A stretch of DNA of 64,000 bases, taken from positions 1,856,001 to 1,920,000 of the forward strand of contig CAWJWJ010000002.1 in the NCBI GenBank assembly GCA_963846575.1, in the 5' to 3' direction. Position 1 is the stretch's first letter, and each line of letters begins with the position of its first letter. The notes under the pieces are model-generated. The model was given only the letters and a program-made list of their open reading frames with translations, was not told the DNA's origin and made no database searches. Position numbers and translations under genes: made by a program. This DNA comes from an uncultured Nitrospiraceae bacterium (lineage in GTDB: Bacteria; Nitrospirota; Nitrospiria; Nitrospirales; Nitrospiraceae). Below are positions 21,153 to 30,704 of the stretch, in pieces.

Positions 21153-22340
21153 ATGAGCCGCTTCCGACCCCTCTTCTTCACCTGTACGTTGTTGCTCTTT
21201 TCTGCGTCGCTGGCATCGGCGGAACTCCTGGCGCTCTTGAACTACGAGAGTAAGCCGGATCAGCCGCTACGGCGCGAAGGAATTGCGATCATGGACATCG
21301 ATCCCGATTCCTCCGACTTCGGAAAAATCCTCATGGAGATTCCGCTGCCGTCCGATCTGGTCGCGCACCACATTTTTTTCAACCGCGATCGGACCAAGGC
21401 CTACGTCACGGCACTGGGAAAAAGCCTGTTGCACGTCGTGGATCTGACGCGCTTCCCCTATCGGCTGCGCGCCATCTCCGTGCCGGACTGCCAGGCCCTG
21501 GAAGACCTGGTCGTGTCGGAAGACAATCGGATCTGGTACCTGACCTGCATGGGCACGAGCGCCGTGATCATGGGAGACGCCGTGAAGGATGAACCGATCA
21601 AAACGATCAGCGCGGCTGAACCGGCCGATGCGTTCATCCTATCTCCGCACGGCATCGCGATTCACAACGGCATCAACCGGGTGCTCGTGACCAGCACGAT
21701 CAAGCCGGATGACATGGCGGCGGCCGGCGAGACGGTCACGGTGCTGGAGGCGAGCACCGGCAAGGTCCTCTCGACGCACAAGGTCTCCTCCAAACCCTCG
21801 CCCTCCAAAGCAGCCCCGGTGGAAATCATGTTTGCGCCGAACGCGGTGCCGCCGGTCGTGCACATTACCAATATGTTGGAGGGGACGCTCTGGGTCGGGA
21901 CCTGGGAGCCGAAGGGCCAGTCGTTTTCATTCCGGCAGGTGGACGACTTCGGCCCACGGCAACAGGGCGTGCCGTTGGAAATGCTCTACAACGCGAAGGG
22001 CGACCGCCTGTACGTCACGACAGCCAAACCGGGCTTCGTCAATCTGTATGACAACAGCGACCCGCGCCAGCCGAAATTTCTTCAAGCCATTCCCGCCGCT
22101 CCTGGCGCCCATCATTCGGTGCTTTCGCCCGACGAGCGCTATCTGTTCGTGCAGAACAGCCTGCTCAATCTGGAAGGCATGAGCGACGGGTCCATTACGG
22201 TGATCGACTTAAAGCAGGGCGGCAAGGTGCTGGGGAGTATCGACACGCTGAAGGAGCAGGGACTCAACCCCAACTGCATCATGCTCCTGCCGAATCATTT
22301 TCAGAAGGGCGGTTTGCGCGCGGGCCTGGCGCCCCGGTGA
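21153..22340 (+). CDS. secreted YncE-like beta-propeller protein
   Basis: RBS GGAGG; signal peptide; propeller-blade repeats (SPDERYLFV, GDRLYVT). Confidence 0.75.
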   Translation: MSRFRPLFFTCTLLLFSASLASAELLALLNYESKPDQPLRREGIAIMDIDPDSSDFGKILMEIPLPSDLVAHHIFFNRDRTKAYVTALGKSLLHVVDLTRFPYRLRAISVPDCQALEDLVVSEDNRIWYLTCMGTSAVIMGDAVKDEPIKTISAAEPADAFILSPHGIAIHNGINRVLVTSTIKPDDMAAAGETVTVLEASTGKVLSTHKVSSKPSPSKAAPVEIMFAPNAVPPVVHITNMLEGTLWVGTWEPKGQSFSFRQVDDFGPRQQGVPLEMLYNAKGDRLYVTTAKPGFVNLYDNSDPRQPKFLQAIPAAPGAHHSVLSPDERYLFVQNSLLNLEGMSDGSITVIDLKQGGKVLGSIDTLKEQGLNPNCIMLLPNHFQKGGLRAGLAPR

Positions 22341-22389
22341 ACCGGGGCCAGAGGCGACGGACGGCCTGACCCGGGAATCTGCCCGCGCG

Positions 22390-23736
22390 TCAGGAGGTCT
22401 GTGACTCAGTGTGATGCGAGGGTTTCGGGCGGTATCGATCCGGGCTCGGATCGGCCGCGGGGGCGGTACGGCTGACATCCAACAGGATGGCGACCAGCAT
22501 GTCGCTCATGACGTTGACGCCCGAACGCGCCCGGGCGATGAGCCAGTCCACCGTCATGATGAGCGGGATGGCGGCGGCGATCACATGGTCCGGCAGGCCC
22601 GCGGCTGAGAGAACGAGCGGCAACACGATCAGCCCGGCTTCGGGAATGCCGGCCACGCCGGCCCCCGCGATGATCGAGGCGGCGACGATCAGGAACTGAC
22701 TCGCCATCGGCAGATCGTACCCCAAGGCCTGGGCGAGGAAGAGCGCGGCCATCGCTTCATAGAGCGTGACCCCGTCGTTGTTGAGGTTCGTACCGACACA
22801 GGCGGCCAGGCGCGCCGACTGCACCGACACCTTCATCCGCTCGAGACACCGCAGGGTGACCGGCACGGTCGCGAGGCTGCTGTTGCAGGACATGGCGGTC
22901 ATGACCGCATCGGCCCCCTGCCCCAGGTACACCTTCGGCGACTTCTTGCCCACCAGCCAGGCGACCAGCGGATAATAGATAAACCCGTGGATCAGCAGCC
23001 CCGCGAGCATGGCGACGAGGAAAATCCAGAGCACGGAGAACACGCCGACTCCCGATCGCCCGACGACCTGCGCCACGACGCCGAAGACGGCGAAGGGCAC
23101 CGCCAGGATGATCCATCCGAGAATCCGCACGAGCCAGTGATAGATCCGCTCGATGCCTCGCGTGACGGAGTGAACGATGCCGCCCTCCTGCACCCCCTCG
23201 CCCTGCAGGCGACGGAGCAGCGCCCCGAGGCACAGCGCGAGCAGCACGACTCCGATGATGTTGTTGCTGGTGAACGGCGTCAGGATGGTGCGGGGAATAT
23301 AGGCTGCGAGGTCTTCGATCGGATTCTGCGAGGTCGCCACCTTCGCCCCCGACGACGGGGAGCCCGGCAGGATCTGAAGCAACTCGTCGACGCGACCCTT
23401 CCAGGCCAGACCCGGCTCCCAGGTGTTCATGATAAACAGCCCGATGGTCATGGCGACGGAGACGTTGACGAGGCAGATGGCGAGCAGCTTGGTCCCCTGG
23501 CGCAGCGGAAGACTGGTGCGGATGAGCGCATCGAGGATCGCGAAGAAGATGAGCGGAATGGCGAGCGTCTTGAGCAACTGCACGAGCAGCATGCCGAGGC
23601 GGCCCAGGTCCCGGTTGTGCAGGCCGCCCAGGTAGGGGTCCTGACCGAACACCACGCCCAGCGTCGCGCCGCAGAACACGGCGATCAGCACTTGCGTATA
23701 GAGCGGCGGAGGGGTCCAGGTCTGTGTGTTCTTCAT
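22390..23736 (-). CDS. dicarboxylate/amino acid:cation symporter (DAACS)
   Basis: SCNSSLATVP, GTNLNNDG..LY, GVAGIP, VDWL.AR.RSGVNV. Confidence 0.9.
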   Translation of the reverse strand: MKNTQTWTPPPLYTQVLIAVFCGATLGVVFGQDPYLGGLHNRDLGRLGMLLVQLLKTLAIPLIFFAILDALIRTSLPLRQGTKLLAICLVNVSVAMTIGLFIMNTWEPGLAWKGRVDELLQILPGSPSSGAKVATSQNPIEDLAAYIPRTILTPFTSNNIIGVVLLALCLGALLRRLQGEGVQEGGIVHSVTRGIERIYHWLVRILGWIILAVPFAVFGVVAQVVGRSGVGVFSVLWIFLVAMLAGLLIHGFIYYPLVAWLVGKKSPKVYLGQGADAVMTAMSCNSSLATVPVTLRCLERMKVSVQSARLAACVGTNLNNDGVTLYEAMAALFLAQALGYDLPMASQFLIVAASIIAGAGVAGIPEAGLIVLPLVLSAAGLPDHVIAAAIPLIMTVDWLIARARSGVNVMSDMLVAILLDVSRTAPAADPSPDRYRPKPSHHTESQTS

Positions 23737-23916
23737 AGTGGATGCTCGCGGGCGGCGGAAGGATACCCGTTTCCCGTCGAGAATGCACGCCTCCGGTGGA
23801 CGACGGACCGACGATCCTCCTCTCATCTTCTATCCTGAGCATGGCCGATATGACAACTGGTTTGAAGAAGGCTGCTGATGGCGGATGCCCGAAGCCATGC
23901 GGGGTGAAGGACCCGT

Positions 23917-26900
23917 TCAGAGCAGGCGCGCAACCGGGGCGGATGCGTCCACGACCTTGCACAACAGATTCAGCAACATCATCTCGTCCATGGAGCCGGG
24001 GATCGATCCGGCGATCCGGGGATCGGCCACCACCACCGCCAGGCATTGGGCGCGCGAGACGGCCACGTTCACCCGGTTGCGGTCAAGGATGAAGGCCAGT
24101 CCGCGCGAACCATATTCCCCGTAACTCGAACAGAGGGACAGGATGCAGACCGGCGCCTCCTGCCCCTGAAACCGGTCCACGCTCCCGACCCGTGCGCCCT
24201 CGGGAAGGGCCGCCTGCAGGGCACGGACCTGGGCGTTGTAGGGCGCGATGAAGAGTACGTCCTCCAGGGCGAGCGGCCTGGTGCGGCCGTCCTTGGCCGT
24301 ATAGCGACGCCCGCGCAGCTCCTCGTAGATGGCCGCGATCCTCGCCACCTCCTCGTCGCTCTGCTGGATGTTGCCGTCGTGCTCGACCGGGACGAAGACG
24401 ATGCCGCTCTCGCGGGACACGACCAGCGACGGCTTGCCCGATGGCAGGGCGATCTTCTGCCTGCCGCAGTCGGGATGGGAGCCGAGACGTCCGCCGTACA
24501 TGCTCTCGGAGATGAAGCGGCAGACGGTCGGGTGCATGCGGCGGGACTCACCGAGGAATAATCCGACCGTTCGGGGCACCACGGCATGAAATACCGGCAC
24601 ATCGGGCCTGCTGGCCTCCACGTCCTTCAAGGCATACTGCAGGGCGGACAATCCCGCATCGCCGGGATGGGACCCCTGCACCGGCTGTTCAAGCTGCATC
24701 TGGTCGCCGAGCAGGACGAGGTTGTCGGCGCAACGGGCCATGGCGATGGTATTCGCGAGCGTCACCTGCCCCGCTTCGTCGATGAAGAGAAAATCGAGCG
24801 CGCCTTCCCACTCGGGCCTGGTGAAGAGCCAGGCCGTGCCACCGACGACGCCGCCGCGATAGGCGGCCAGGGCGCCGCTGCTGTCCGGAATATGTTTCAA
24901 CCCGGGGTGGTCGGCAAACAATGGTCCGTCAGCCTCACCCCCGACCTTGATCCCCAGGATCTGCCCGCCGCTCGCTTGAGCCGCCTCGCCGCAGGCTTTC
25001 AGGAGATTGAGCACCGCCTTATGGCTGTTCGACGCGACTCCGACTTTCTTACCGGCCGCGAGCAGCGCCTGGATGACCCGCGAGGCGCAGTAGGTCTTGC
25101 CCGTGCCCGGCGGCCCTTGGATGACCAGACAGTCCCCGGACATCGAACGTGCCACGCGGACTGCCGCTTCCGTCGGGTTGTCATCGGATGTGGTCAGCAG
25201 GGTTGCCGGCGGGACTCGTTTCCCCAGCGCGGCTACCGGCGCATGGAGCCTGTTCGACAGGTGCCGCGCGGCCACGTCGGCCAGCGCCTCCTGGATGACC
25301 GTGTGCGAGATATGTTCGTCCGGTATCAATGACCCCTGCCCGGGGAACGCACCGTCGAACTTCTCGTTGAGCCCCTTCTTGCCGATTTTGAGTTCCAGCC
25401 TGCCGGCGGACAGATCCAGCGACGACAGCGTGAGCTTGGCCACCAGGTTATGTGTGAACATGACCCTGTCGCCTGCGGCGAGTTTGCATTCCTGGGAGGG
25501 GTCGAAACGATAGGTTTGCGCCAGCGATTGTTTCTCAGGTACCGGAGATCCCACGGCTTCGAGGCCTTCGATGCAGGCCGGATCGTCGCGCAGTTCGTCG
25601 GGCGTCGCCCCGGCCCGGTCGAACAGCCGCCACCACATGGGTTTTTCTTCCCGCCGGTGAAAGTCGATCACGTCGGCCAGGACCATCGACAGCGCGTCGT
25701 GTCCCTGGCGCAGCTTCCCCGCCGTCTCCAGCCGCGCGATCACGTCCGGCGGCAGCTCGCGTGGCTGCGGCGGCTCAGATGGAGCAACCGGAATCGGCGC
25801 CTCGATCTTCCCTTCGCGCGCGACGTTCCTGAGCCACTGCAGCAGCTCGGCGGTGGACCGGCAATCTGCTTCGTTGTAGTCGCGGATGGCCTTGAGGATG
25901 GCACTCTTGTCGCAATCACCCGGCTCCCCGCTTTCGATCCACCGGGAATACTGCACGATGGAGTCCGCGGCGGTCGCCACGGTCGTGACGCGTTTGGGTC
26001 GATAAAGCCGCTCGACCGACTTGATGCTGTAGCTGTCTTCGCCGATACGCAGGCCCTGGCGAATGATCTGATAGAGATCCACGAAGACCTCGCGCCGGAG
26101 CAACTCGTCCACTTCGTCCTGGCGGCTGTCGTGCTGCGTGCTCAACCGTCGCACCGCGCTGACCTCGTAGGCGGCGTAGTGGTAGATGTGCAGGCCCGGA
26201 TGCTTCTTCCAACGCGCGAAGACCCAATCCACGAAGCTTTCGAAGGCCAGCTTTTCCTGCGCGCGGTCATGGGCCCACCAGTCCCTGAACTGCCACTCGC
26301 CCGGCCGGTCGGTTCGCTGGCAGACCCCGAACAGATATTCCAATCCGCCGGGCGCCAGCGGGTAACCCTCCATGTCGAAGAACACGTCGGCGGGATCATC
26401 GGGCGGAAGCGTGGCCAGGCCTACCGGTTCGCCGTTCGCCCCGGTCCGGGGCAGCAGCTCATACCGCGGCGGGGCATCGGGTTTCTCCGACCGGTCGGCC
26501 CTGGTCTGGCATTGCAGGCGAGCCTGCGCGGCAAGTTTCTCCAGTGACGTGCGGTCGAGTTTTGAAACGGTGCGTCCCGACGCGGCAGCGAGGTCCGTCA
26601 CCCTGCTGATGCCGGCCCGCTTCAATTTCTTGATCTGGCCGACCGTGATGCCGGCGACCTGCACGAGGTGGTCCGTTTCCTGGAAGAAACGCTCCGCGTG
26701 GGACGTCCAGCGACCGTGATCCGCTCGCGGCAGCGGCTCGGGTCGGTCCGAGAGGTTCCCGGTGAAGCCCTGTTGCATGTCCAGGAACCGGTCCTTGATG
26801 TGGCGGTAGTAGTATAGGAAGTCTTCGACCCGGAACTCCACCCGGTCCGTGCTGCCGAGAATGAGGCCGAACTTCTCCGGCATCGACCCGCCGCTCACGG

Positions 26901-27354
26901 CGGCGAGCATGTCCGAATAACAGCAGAGCTGAATGGCATAGTACGGCCGGGGCGAACGCGCGAGCTTCGTATCCCACACCTGATAGCGCCCAGCTAAATC
27001 GAAGATGAGGAAGTCGGCGAACCCGGAGAACGGCCCGCTCTCAAGGGCTGCCTGATAGATGACGGGCACCCCGGCGCGGATCGCGGCGAGCGTCTCGGTG
27101 CTGGCGACGCCGGCATCGCGGCTCGGAATCTCGACGACCTTGGCGCCGGACGAGTGGAATTCCTTCAGCACCGCCTGTTCATGCCGTTCACCGGTTTGCG
27201 CGATGAGGGCGGCGTCCTCCGTGAACTCGTCGGGTGTGGCCAGGCCAGGGCGCTCCAGATGGTAGCGATCCATCCATGAGGCGAAGGGCGAGGCGAGATA
27301 CCGCACGAGATCGCTCGGCGAGTAGATCAGCCGGCCGGAAGCATGTTTCTTCAC
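23917..27354 (-). CDS. TM0106-family RecB-like nuclease + RNase H-like domain + SF1 (DNA2/UPF1-like) helicase
   Basis: SPSDL, ADFL...WDTKLA, FFDMEG, YHYAAYE, YNEADC; GPPGTGKT, DEAGQ, QGQEA, NVAVSRA. Confidence 0.88.
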   Translation of the reverse strand: MKKHASGRLIYSPSDLVRYLASPFASWMDRYHLERPGLATPDEFTEDAALIAQTGERHEQAVLKEFHSSGAKVVEIPSRDAGVASTETLAAIRAGVPVIYQAALESGPFSGFADFLIFDLAGRYQVWDTKLARSPRPYYAIQLCCYSDMLAAVSGGSMPEKFGLILGSTDRVEFRVEDFLYYYRHIKDRFLDMQQGFTGNLSDRPEPLPRADHGRWTSHAERFFQETDHLVQVAGITVGQIKKLKRAGISRVTDLAAASGRTVSKLDRTSLEKLAAQARLQCQTRADRSEKPDAPPRYELLPRTGANGEPVGLATLPPDDPADVFFDMEGYPLAPGGLEYLFGVCQRTDRPGEWQFRDWWAHDRAQEKLAFESFVDWVFARWKKHPGLHIYHYAAYEVSAVRRLSTQHDSRQDEVDELLRREVFVDLYQIIRQGLRIGEDSYSIKSVERLYRPKRVTTVATAADSIVQYSRWIESGEPGDCDKSAILKAIRDYNEADCRSTAELLQWLRNVAREGKIEAPIPVAPSEPPQPRELPPDVIARLETAGKLRQGHDALSMVLADVIDFHRREEKPMWWRLFDRAGATPDELRDDPACIEGLEAVGSPVPEKQSLAQTYRFDPSQECKLAAGDRVMFTHNLVAKLTLSSLDLSAGRLELKIGKKGLNEKFDGAFPGQGSLIPDEHISHTVIQEALADVAARHLSNRLHAPVAALGKRVPPATLLTTSDDNPTEAAVRVARSMSGDCLVIQGPPGTGKTYCASRVIQALLAAGKKVGVASNSHKAVLNLLKACGEAAQASGGQILGIKVGGEADGPLFADHPGLKHIPDSSGALAAYRGGVVGGTAWLFTRPEWEGALDFLFIDEAGQVTLANTIAMARCADNLVLLGDQMQLEQPVQGSHPGDAGLSALQYALKDVEASRPDVPVFHAVVPRTVGLFLGESRRMHPTVCRFISESMYGGRLGSHPDCGRQKIALPSGKPSLVVSRESGIVFVPVEHDGNIQQSDEEVARIAAIYEELRGRRYTAKDGRTRPLALEDVLFIAPYNAQVRALQAALPEGARVGSVDRFQGQEAPVCILSLCSSYGEYGSRGLAFILDRNRVNVAVSRAQCLAVVVADPRIAGSIPGSMDEMMLLNLLCKVVDASAPVARLL

Positions 27355-27364
27355 CCCTGCTCCC

Positions 27365-27805
27365 TCACCGGCTCCCCTCGATCCTCCATCCCTGCCCATA
27401 GGGATTCGTCGGCGAATCGGAACGAAACGGACTGCCTGCTCCGTAGGGATTGTTCAGCGAGTCGGGGGAGAAGGGCGACCCGTACCGGCCGAACCGGTTG
27501 CCGGTCGAATCGGGATCGAAGGGATTGGTGCTGAGTGTGCCGCGATAGTTTCCCTGCTGATCGTACAGGCGCGGCGCGTCCGTGGCGAACGGATTCGTGG
27601 CCGATTGATTGCTGAAGGGGCTGCCGTAGGGGCTGAAAGAATTGTTCACTCCGTTCGGCGCGAAGGGGCTTCCCTGTCCGAAGGGATTCGCGGTGGAGTC
27701 GAACAGGAAGGGGTTAGCGCTCAGGTTGCCGAGGTCCTCGGCCTGAACCGTCTGCATGAACGGCGTACTCAGCAGGAGACACAACAGCATTCGAGGGATC
27801 TGCAT
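27365..27805 (-). CDS. secreted hypothetical protein with an internal NPF/GSPF repeat
   Basis: RBS AAGGAGG; signal peptide; two-fold repeat LS.NPF..DS..N.FG..GSPF. Confidence 0.8.
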   Translation of the reverse strand: MQIPRMLLCLLLSTPFMQTVQAEDLGNLSANPFLFDSTANPFGQGSPFAPNGVNNSFSPYGSPFSNQSATNPFATDAPRLYDQQGNYRGTLSTNPFDPDSTGNRFGRYGSPFSPDSLNNPYGAGSPFRSDSPTNPYGQGWRIEGSR

Positions 27806-27867
27806 GGGATCCTCCTTTTCGGCCACCGGCCCCGGCATGGGGCCGGCAGGGTTCCAGGGCCTGCGGG

Positions 27868-27902
27868 ATGCTACCACGCCGCCGTGACATCGGAGGTCAC
27901 GG
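27868..27902 (-). promoter_or_regulatory. putative WYL-regulator operator plus extended -10
   Basis: Minus strand CCGTGACCTCCGATGTCACG-GCGGCG-TGG-TAGCAT. Confidence 0.75.
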
Positions 27903-27969
27903 TCACGCAGTATTTCTGTCCATTCCGGCCATGCGGGCTCGGGTCCCCCAACAACCAGTCCAGGAATTA

Positions 27970-28953
27970 TCATTCCTCAAGTATCAGTTGAGCTTCATGA
28001 CGCACGGCCAGGGCCAGGCTTTCCGGCCTGAGCACCTTGACCCCGCCCCCGAAGCTCAACACCCAGCCAACCACTTCCCTGCTGTCGGCCACCGAGAGGG
28101 TCATGCGCAGGCCACCGTTCTTCGTTCGTTTGCTCTGCTGCGTATCATGCCAGATTCGGTCCTTCGCCCAGGCGGCCGTCGCCTTCTCGAATTCCAGTTC
28201 CACGTCGATCCGCGGGCCGCGCATCACCGTCAGCGCATCCTGCACAAACGCGTCGAGATCGAAATGCAGAGGGACCTGGTAGGGATGGTCGGTCGGCGTG
28301 ACGGACTTAATGCGCTCCACGGCGAACAGGCGCGGTTCGCTACGCACATGGCAGTAGCCGATCAGATAGAGGCCGCCGGTCGCATACCACAGGCGGTAGG
28401 GATCCACCTCGCGCCTGGTGATCCGCCCGCGCGAGGCGGAGTCGTACCGCACCTGAATAGTGGTCTTGTCGGCGATGGCTCTCGTGAGCCGGTCGATCGT
28501 GTCGCGATGCTGCCGGTAGCGTTTGTGCGGGCCGAGCCCGACGCTGAACGTCCCGTCGAGTTGTTGAACCAGGGCGACGCCCTGCGGGGGCAGCGCGGCA
28601 GCGGCTTTCCCGAGTGCGGATTGCAGCGAGGTATGGAGTTCGGTGCCTTCGAGCGGCGTGATGAGCCGGCGGCTGAACGTGAGCGCCATCAGTTCCGAGG
28701 GAGAGAATCGCAACCCCGGCACGTTCCGGAATCCTTCCATGAGACGCCAGATGGTCTGCCCGTTGATCCGTTCGGTGACCAGCGGATAACCCGCTTCTTC
28801 CAATGCGGCGAGATCACGACGGAGGGTCCGGGGATGCCTCGTGGAGCCGGGCGCGAGCGAGTCCGCCAGCTGCTCCAGCGTCAGGCCTTGCCCCGACGCC
28901 TCCAATTGCTTGAGCACGACCAACAGACGAATAGCCTGATCGTTGCGCGGCAT
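27970..28953 (-). CDS. WYL-domain transcriptional regulator (wHTH-WYL-WCX; PafB/DriD-like)
   Basis: RTLRRDLAALEEAG HTH; R.VDPY.L...LYLIGYCH.R...R.F.VERI WYL; WVLSFG..VKVL.P WCX. Confidence 0.92.
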   Translation of the reverse strand: MPRNDQAIRLLVVLKQLEASGQGLTLEQLADSLAPGSTRHPRTLRRDLAALEEAGYPLVTERINGQTIWRLMEGFRNVPGLRFSPSELMALTFSRRLITPLEGTELHTSLQSALGKAAAALPPQGVALVQQLDGTFSVGLGPHKRYRQHRDTIDRLTRAIADKTTIQVRYDSASRGRITRREVDPYRLWYATGGLYLIGYCHVRSEPRLFAVERIKSVTPTDHPYQVPLHFDLDAFVQDALTVMRGPRIDVELEFEKATAAWAKDRIWHDTQQSKRTKNGGLRMTLSVADSREVVGWVLSFGGGVKVLRPESLALAVRHEAQLILEE

Positions 28954-29223
28954 ACGTAGTCCCCGGCCTGATCCGCGAATTTCGGCGCTCAGTCTACCAG
29001 GATGTTGACATGGCCGCCAGCAGGAGCCTGGGTAAGCCGAGACTGTACTCAGGCTACCGGGCACATGATCGGTCCACCTGATCCGATCCGTGCGTCTATG
29101 TCATGGACGCCGCGGTTCTATCGAGAGGTGGTTACGGGCAAACCTGATTCGCTTCACAAAATACATCCGCTGATGTATCGTTGGGCGGGAAAACCTGATT
29201 CCTCTCTTTAACCGTACCTGCAA

Positions 29224-29949
29224 ATGGAAATAAGCCTCTATCCGGTTCTCCTGTTCTGGACGATCGGACTCCTGTTCTTCATCGCTGAATGGCTCTATCC
29301 GGCGCGTCCGGTCGCCTACCGTTCCGTCTTCTGGCGTGATCTTCTCGCCTTGGGAGCGTACAATTTATCGTTCATGCTCGTCGTCCAGTGGACGGATCGT
29401 ATCCCCGTTCCCCAATACGTACCGGCATCGGTTCATGCCTGGCCCACGGTTTTTAAGCTCGTCTTATTTTACATAGTGGAAGACTTTCTGCTGTATTGGG
29501 CGCACCGGCTCATGCACAGCAAATACGCCTGGCCTGTTCACCGGTGGCATCATGCGCCGACCTACCTCTATTGGCTTGCGGGGATTCGCGCCACCATTCC
29601 GCATATTGTGCTGTTCAACCTGACCTACGTGCTGGCGCTGCCTCTACTGCACGATGCTTCCACCTGGGCCTTTCAGGTGATCATGATCGAACATATCGCG
29701 CGGAACAACTGGATGCATATGAACGTGACCTGGAAATCGGATTGGCTTGAGTGGCTCGTTGTGACACCGCGCTACCACCACATCCACCACAGCAAGGCGG
29801 CGGCGCATCAGGGCGTCAACCTGGGCGCCTGGCTCACCATTTGGGATCGCCTGTTCGGGACGTATTACAATCCCGCCGATGTGAAGGAAGAGTTGTCGTT
29901 CGGACTGCCGGAACGGGTTTCTCCGGGCAGGTTGATGATCGGCCTCTAG
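29224..29949 (+). CDS. sterol desaturase / fatty acid hydroxylase family protein
   Basis: His boxes HRLMH, HRWHH, HHIHH; WDRLFGTY. Confidence 0.88.
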   Translation: MEISLYPVLLFWTIGLLFFIAEWLYPARPVAYRSVFWRDLLALGAYNLSFMLVVQWTDRIPVPQYVPASVHAWPTVFKLVLFYIVEDFLLYWAHRLMHSKYAWPVHRWHHAPTYLYWLAGIRATIPHIVLFNLTYVLALPLLHDASTWAFQVIMIEHIARNNWMHMNVTWKSDWLEWLVVTPRYHHIHHSKAAAHQGVNLGAWLTIWDRLFGTYYNPADVKEELSFGLPERVSPGRLMIGL

Positions 29950-30099
29950 GACTTGGCGTGATCGGACCGGGTTTCCATGAATTCCCACAGGCCCCAGGCT
30001 CTCACTATTCCGCTGCGCAATCAGGCCATACGCAGGCCCTCTTGCTCACCCATCCGCCGGCGACGCCGGGGGTCCTGCCGGCGAGCTCGCCGCTCGCCG

Positions 30100-30378
30100 T
30101 TACGTGGGAATATCGGTGGTGCCGTCGTAGGAGGCACGTGACTGGTGGGCGATCTTCAACACGTCGCCGTCTCTCACGAGGGAATCGAGTGAACCGACCT
30201 TTCGATTCACGGTGACCAGCAGTTCGCCCCGCACCACATAGGGCGCCAAGGCATCGACCAACACGGCATTGCCCTGAATCAGATGTTTGATGGCCGTCGG
30301 TCCGGTTAGGTCCAGATCCAATTCCGGTTCCGACACCCGCTGTTGTAACGTCACACCAAGGATCTGCACTTTAACCAT
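30100..30378 (-). CDS. MoaD/ThiS-like beta-grasp protein lacking a terminal GG
   Basis: LVTVN...VRDGDVLKI; ends YDGTTDIPT. Confidence 0.7.
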   Translation of the reverse strand: MVKVQILGVTLQQRVSEPELDLDLTGPTAIKHLIQGNAVLVDALAPYVVRGELLVTVNRKVGSLDSLVRDGDVLKIAHQSRASYDGTTDIPT

Positions 30379-30461
30379 TGTGTCCTCGTTCTCCCATTTC
30401 TATTTGCAGTCGCACATGAACTTTCAACGATCGCACGGCGCAACAGTCGAATGACCCCCCG

Positions 30462-30704
30462 TCACCCTTGCGCGCGTGCATGACAGTGCAGACAGTCCTG
30501 TCGCTTCGGGTGTTGCGTCGGCAGCGGGCGGCTGCCCGCCGGCACGTGGCAGGTGAGGCAGTCTTTTTCCAGCATGACGGCCTGATGCTCGCTGTTGCCC
30601 GGGACCTTCGGATTGCGGTCGCGGGGGGACGGCAGCAGCGCGACGCCCCCGACCACCAGCAGCGCCAGCACCACAAAAATAATATCCACCTTCCGAAAAG
30701 TCAT
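30462..30704 (-). CDS. small membrane-anchored diheme c-type cytochrome
   Basis: N-terminal TM segment; CLTCH and CLHCH; start overlaps the upstream stop. Confidence 0.8.
   Translation of the reverse strand: MTFRKVDIIFVVLALLVVGGVALLPSPRDRNPKVPGNSEHQAVMLEKDCLTCHVPAGSRPLPTQHPKRQDCLHCHARAQG

Noticed and set aside
29131..29205. c-di-GMP-I riboswitch suggested by GGGCAAACC
   Set aside because: The GNRA-capped P2 stem and the downstream GACGCAAAG-like segment are missing.
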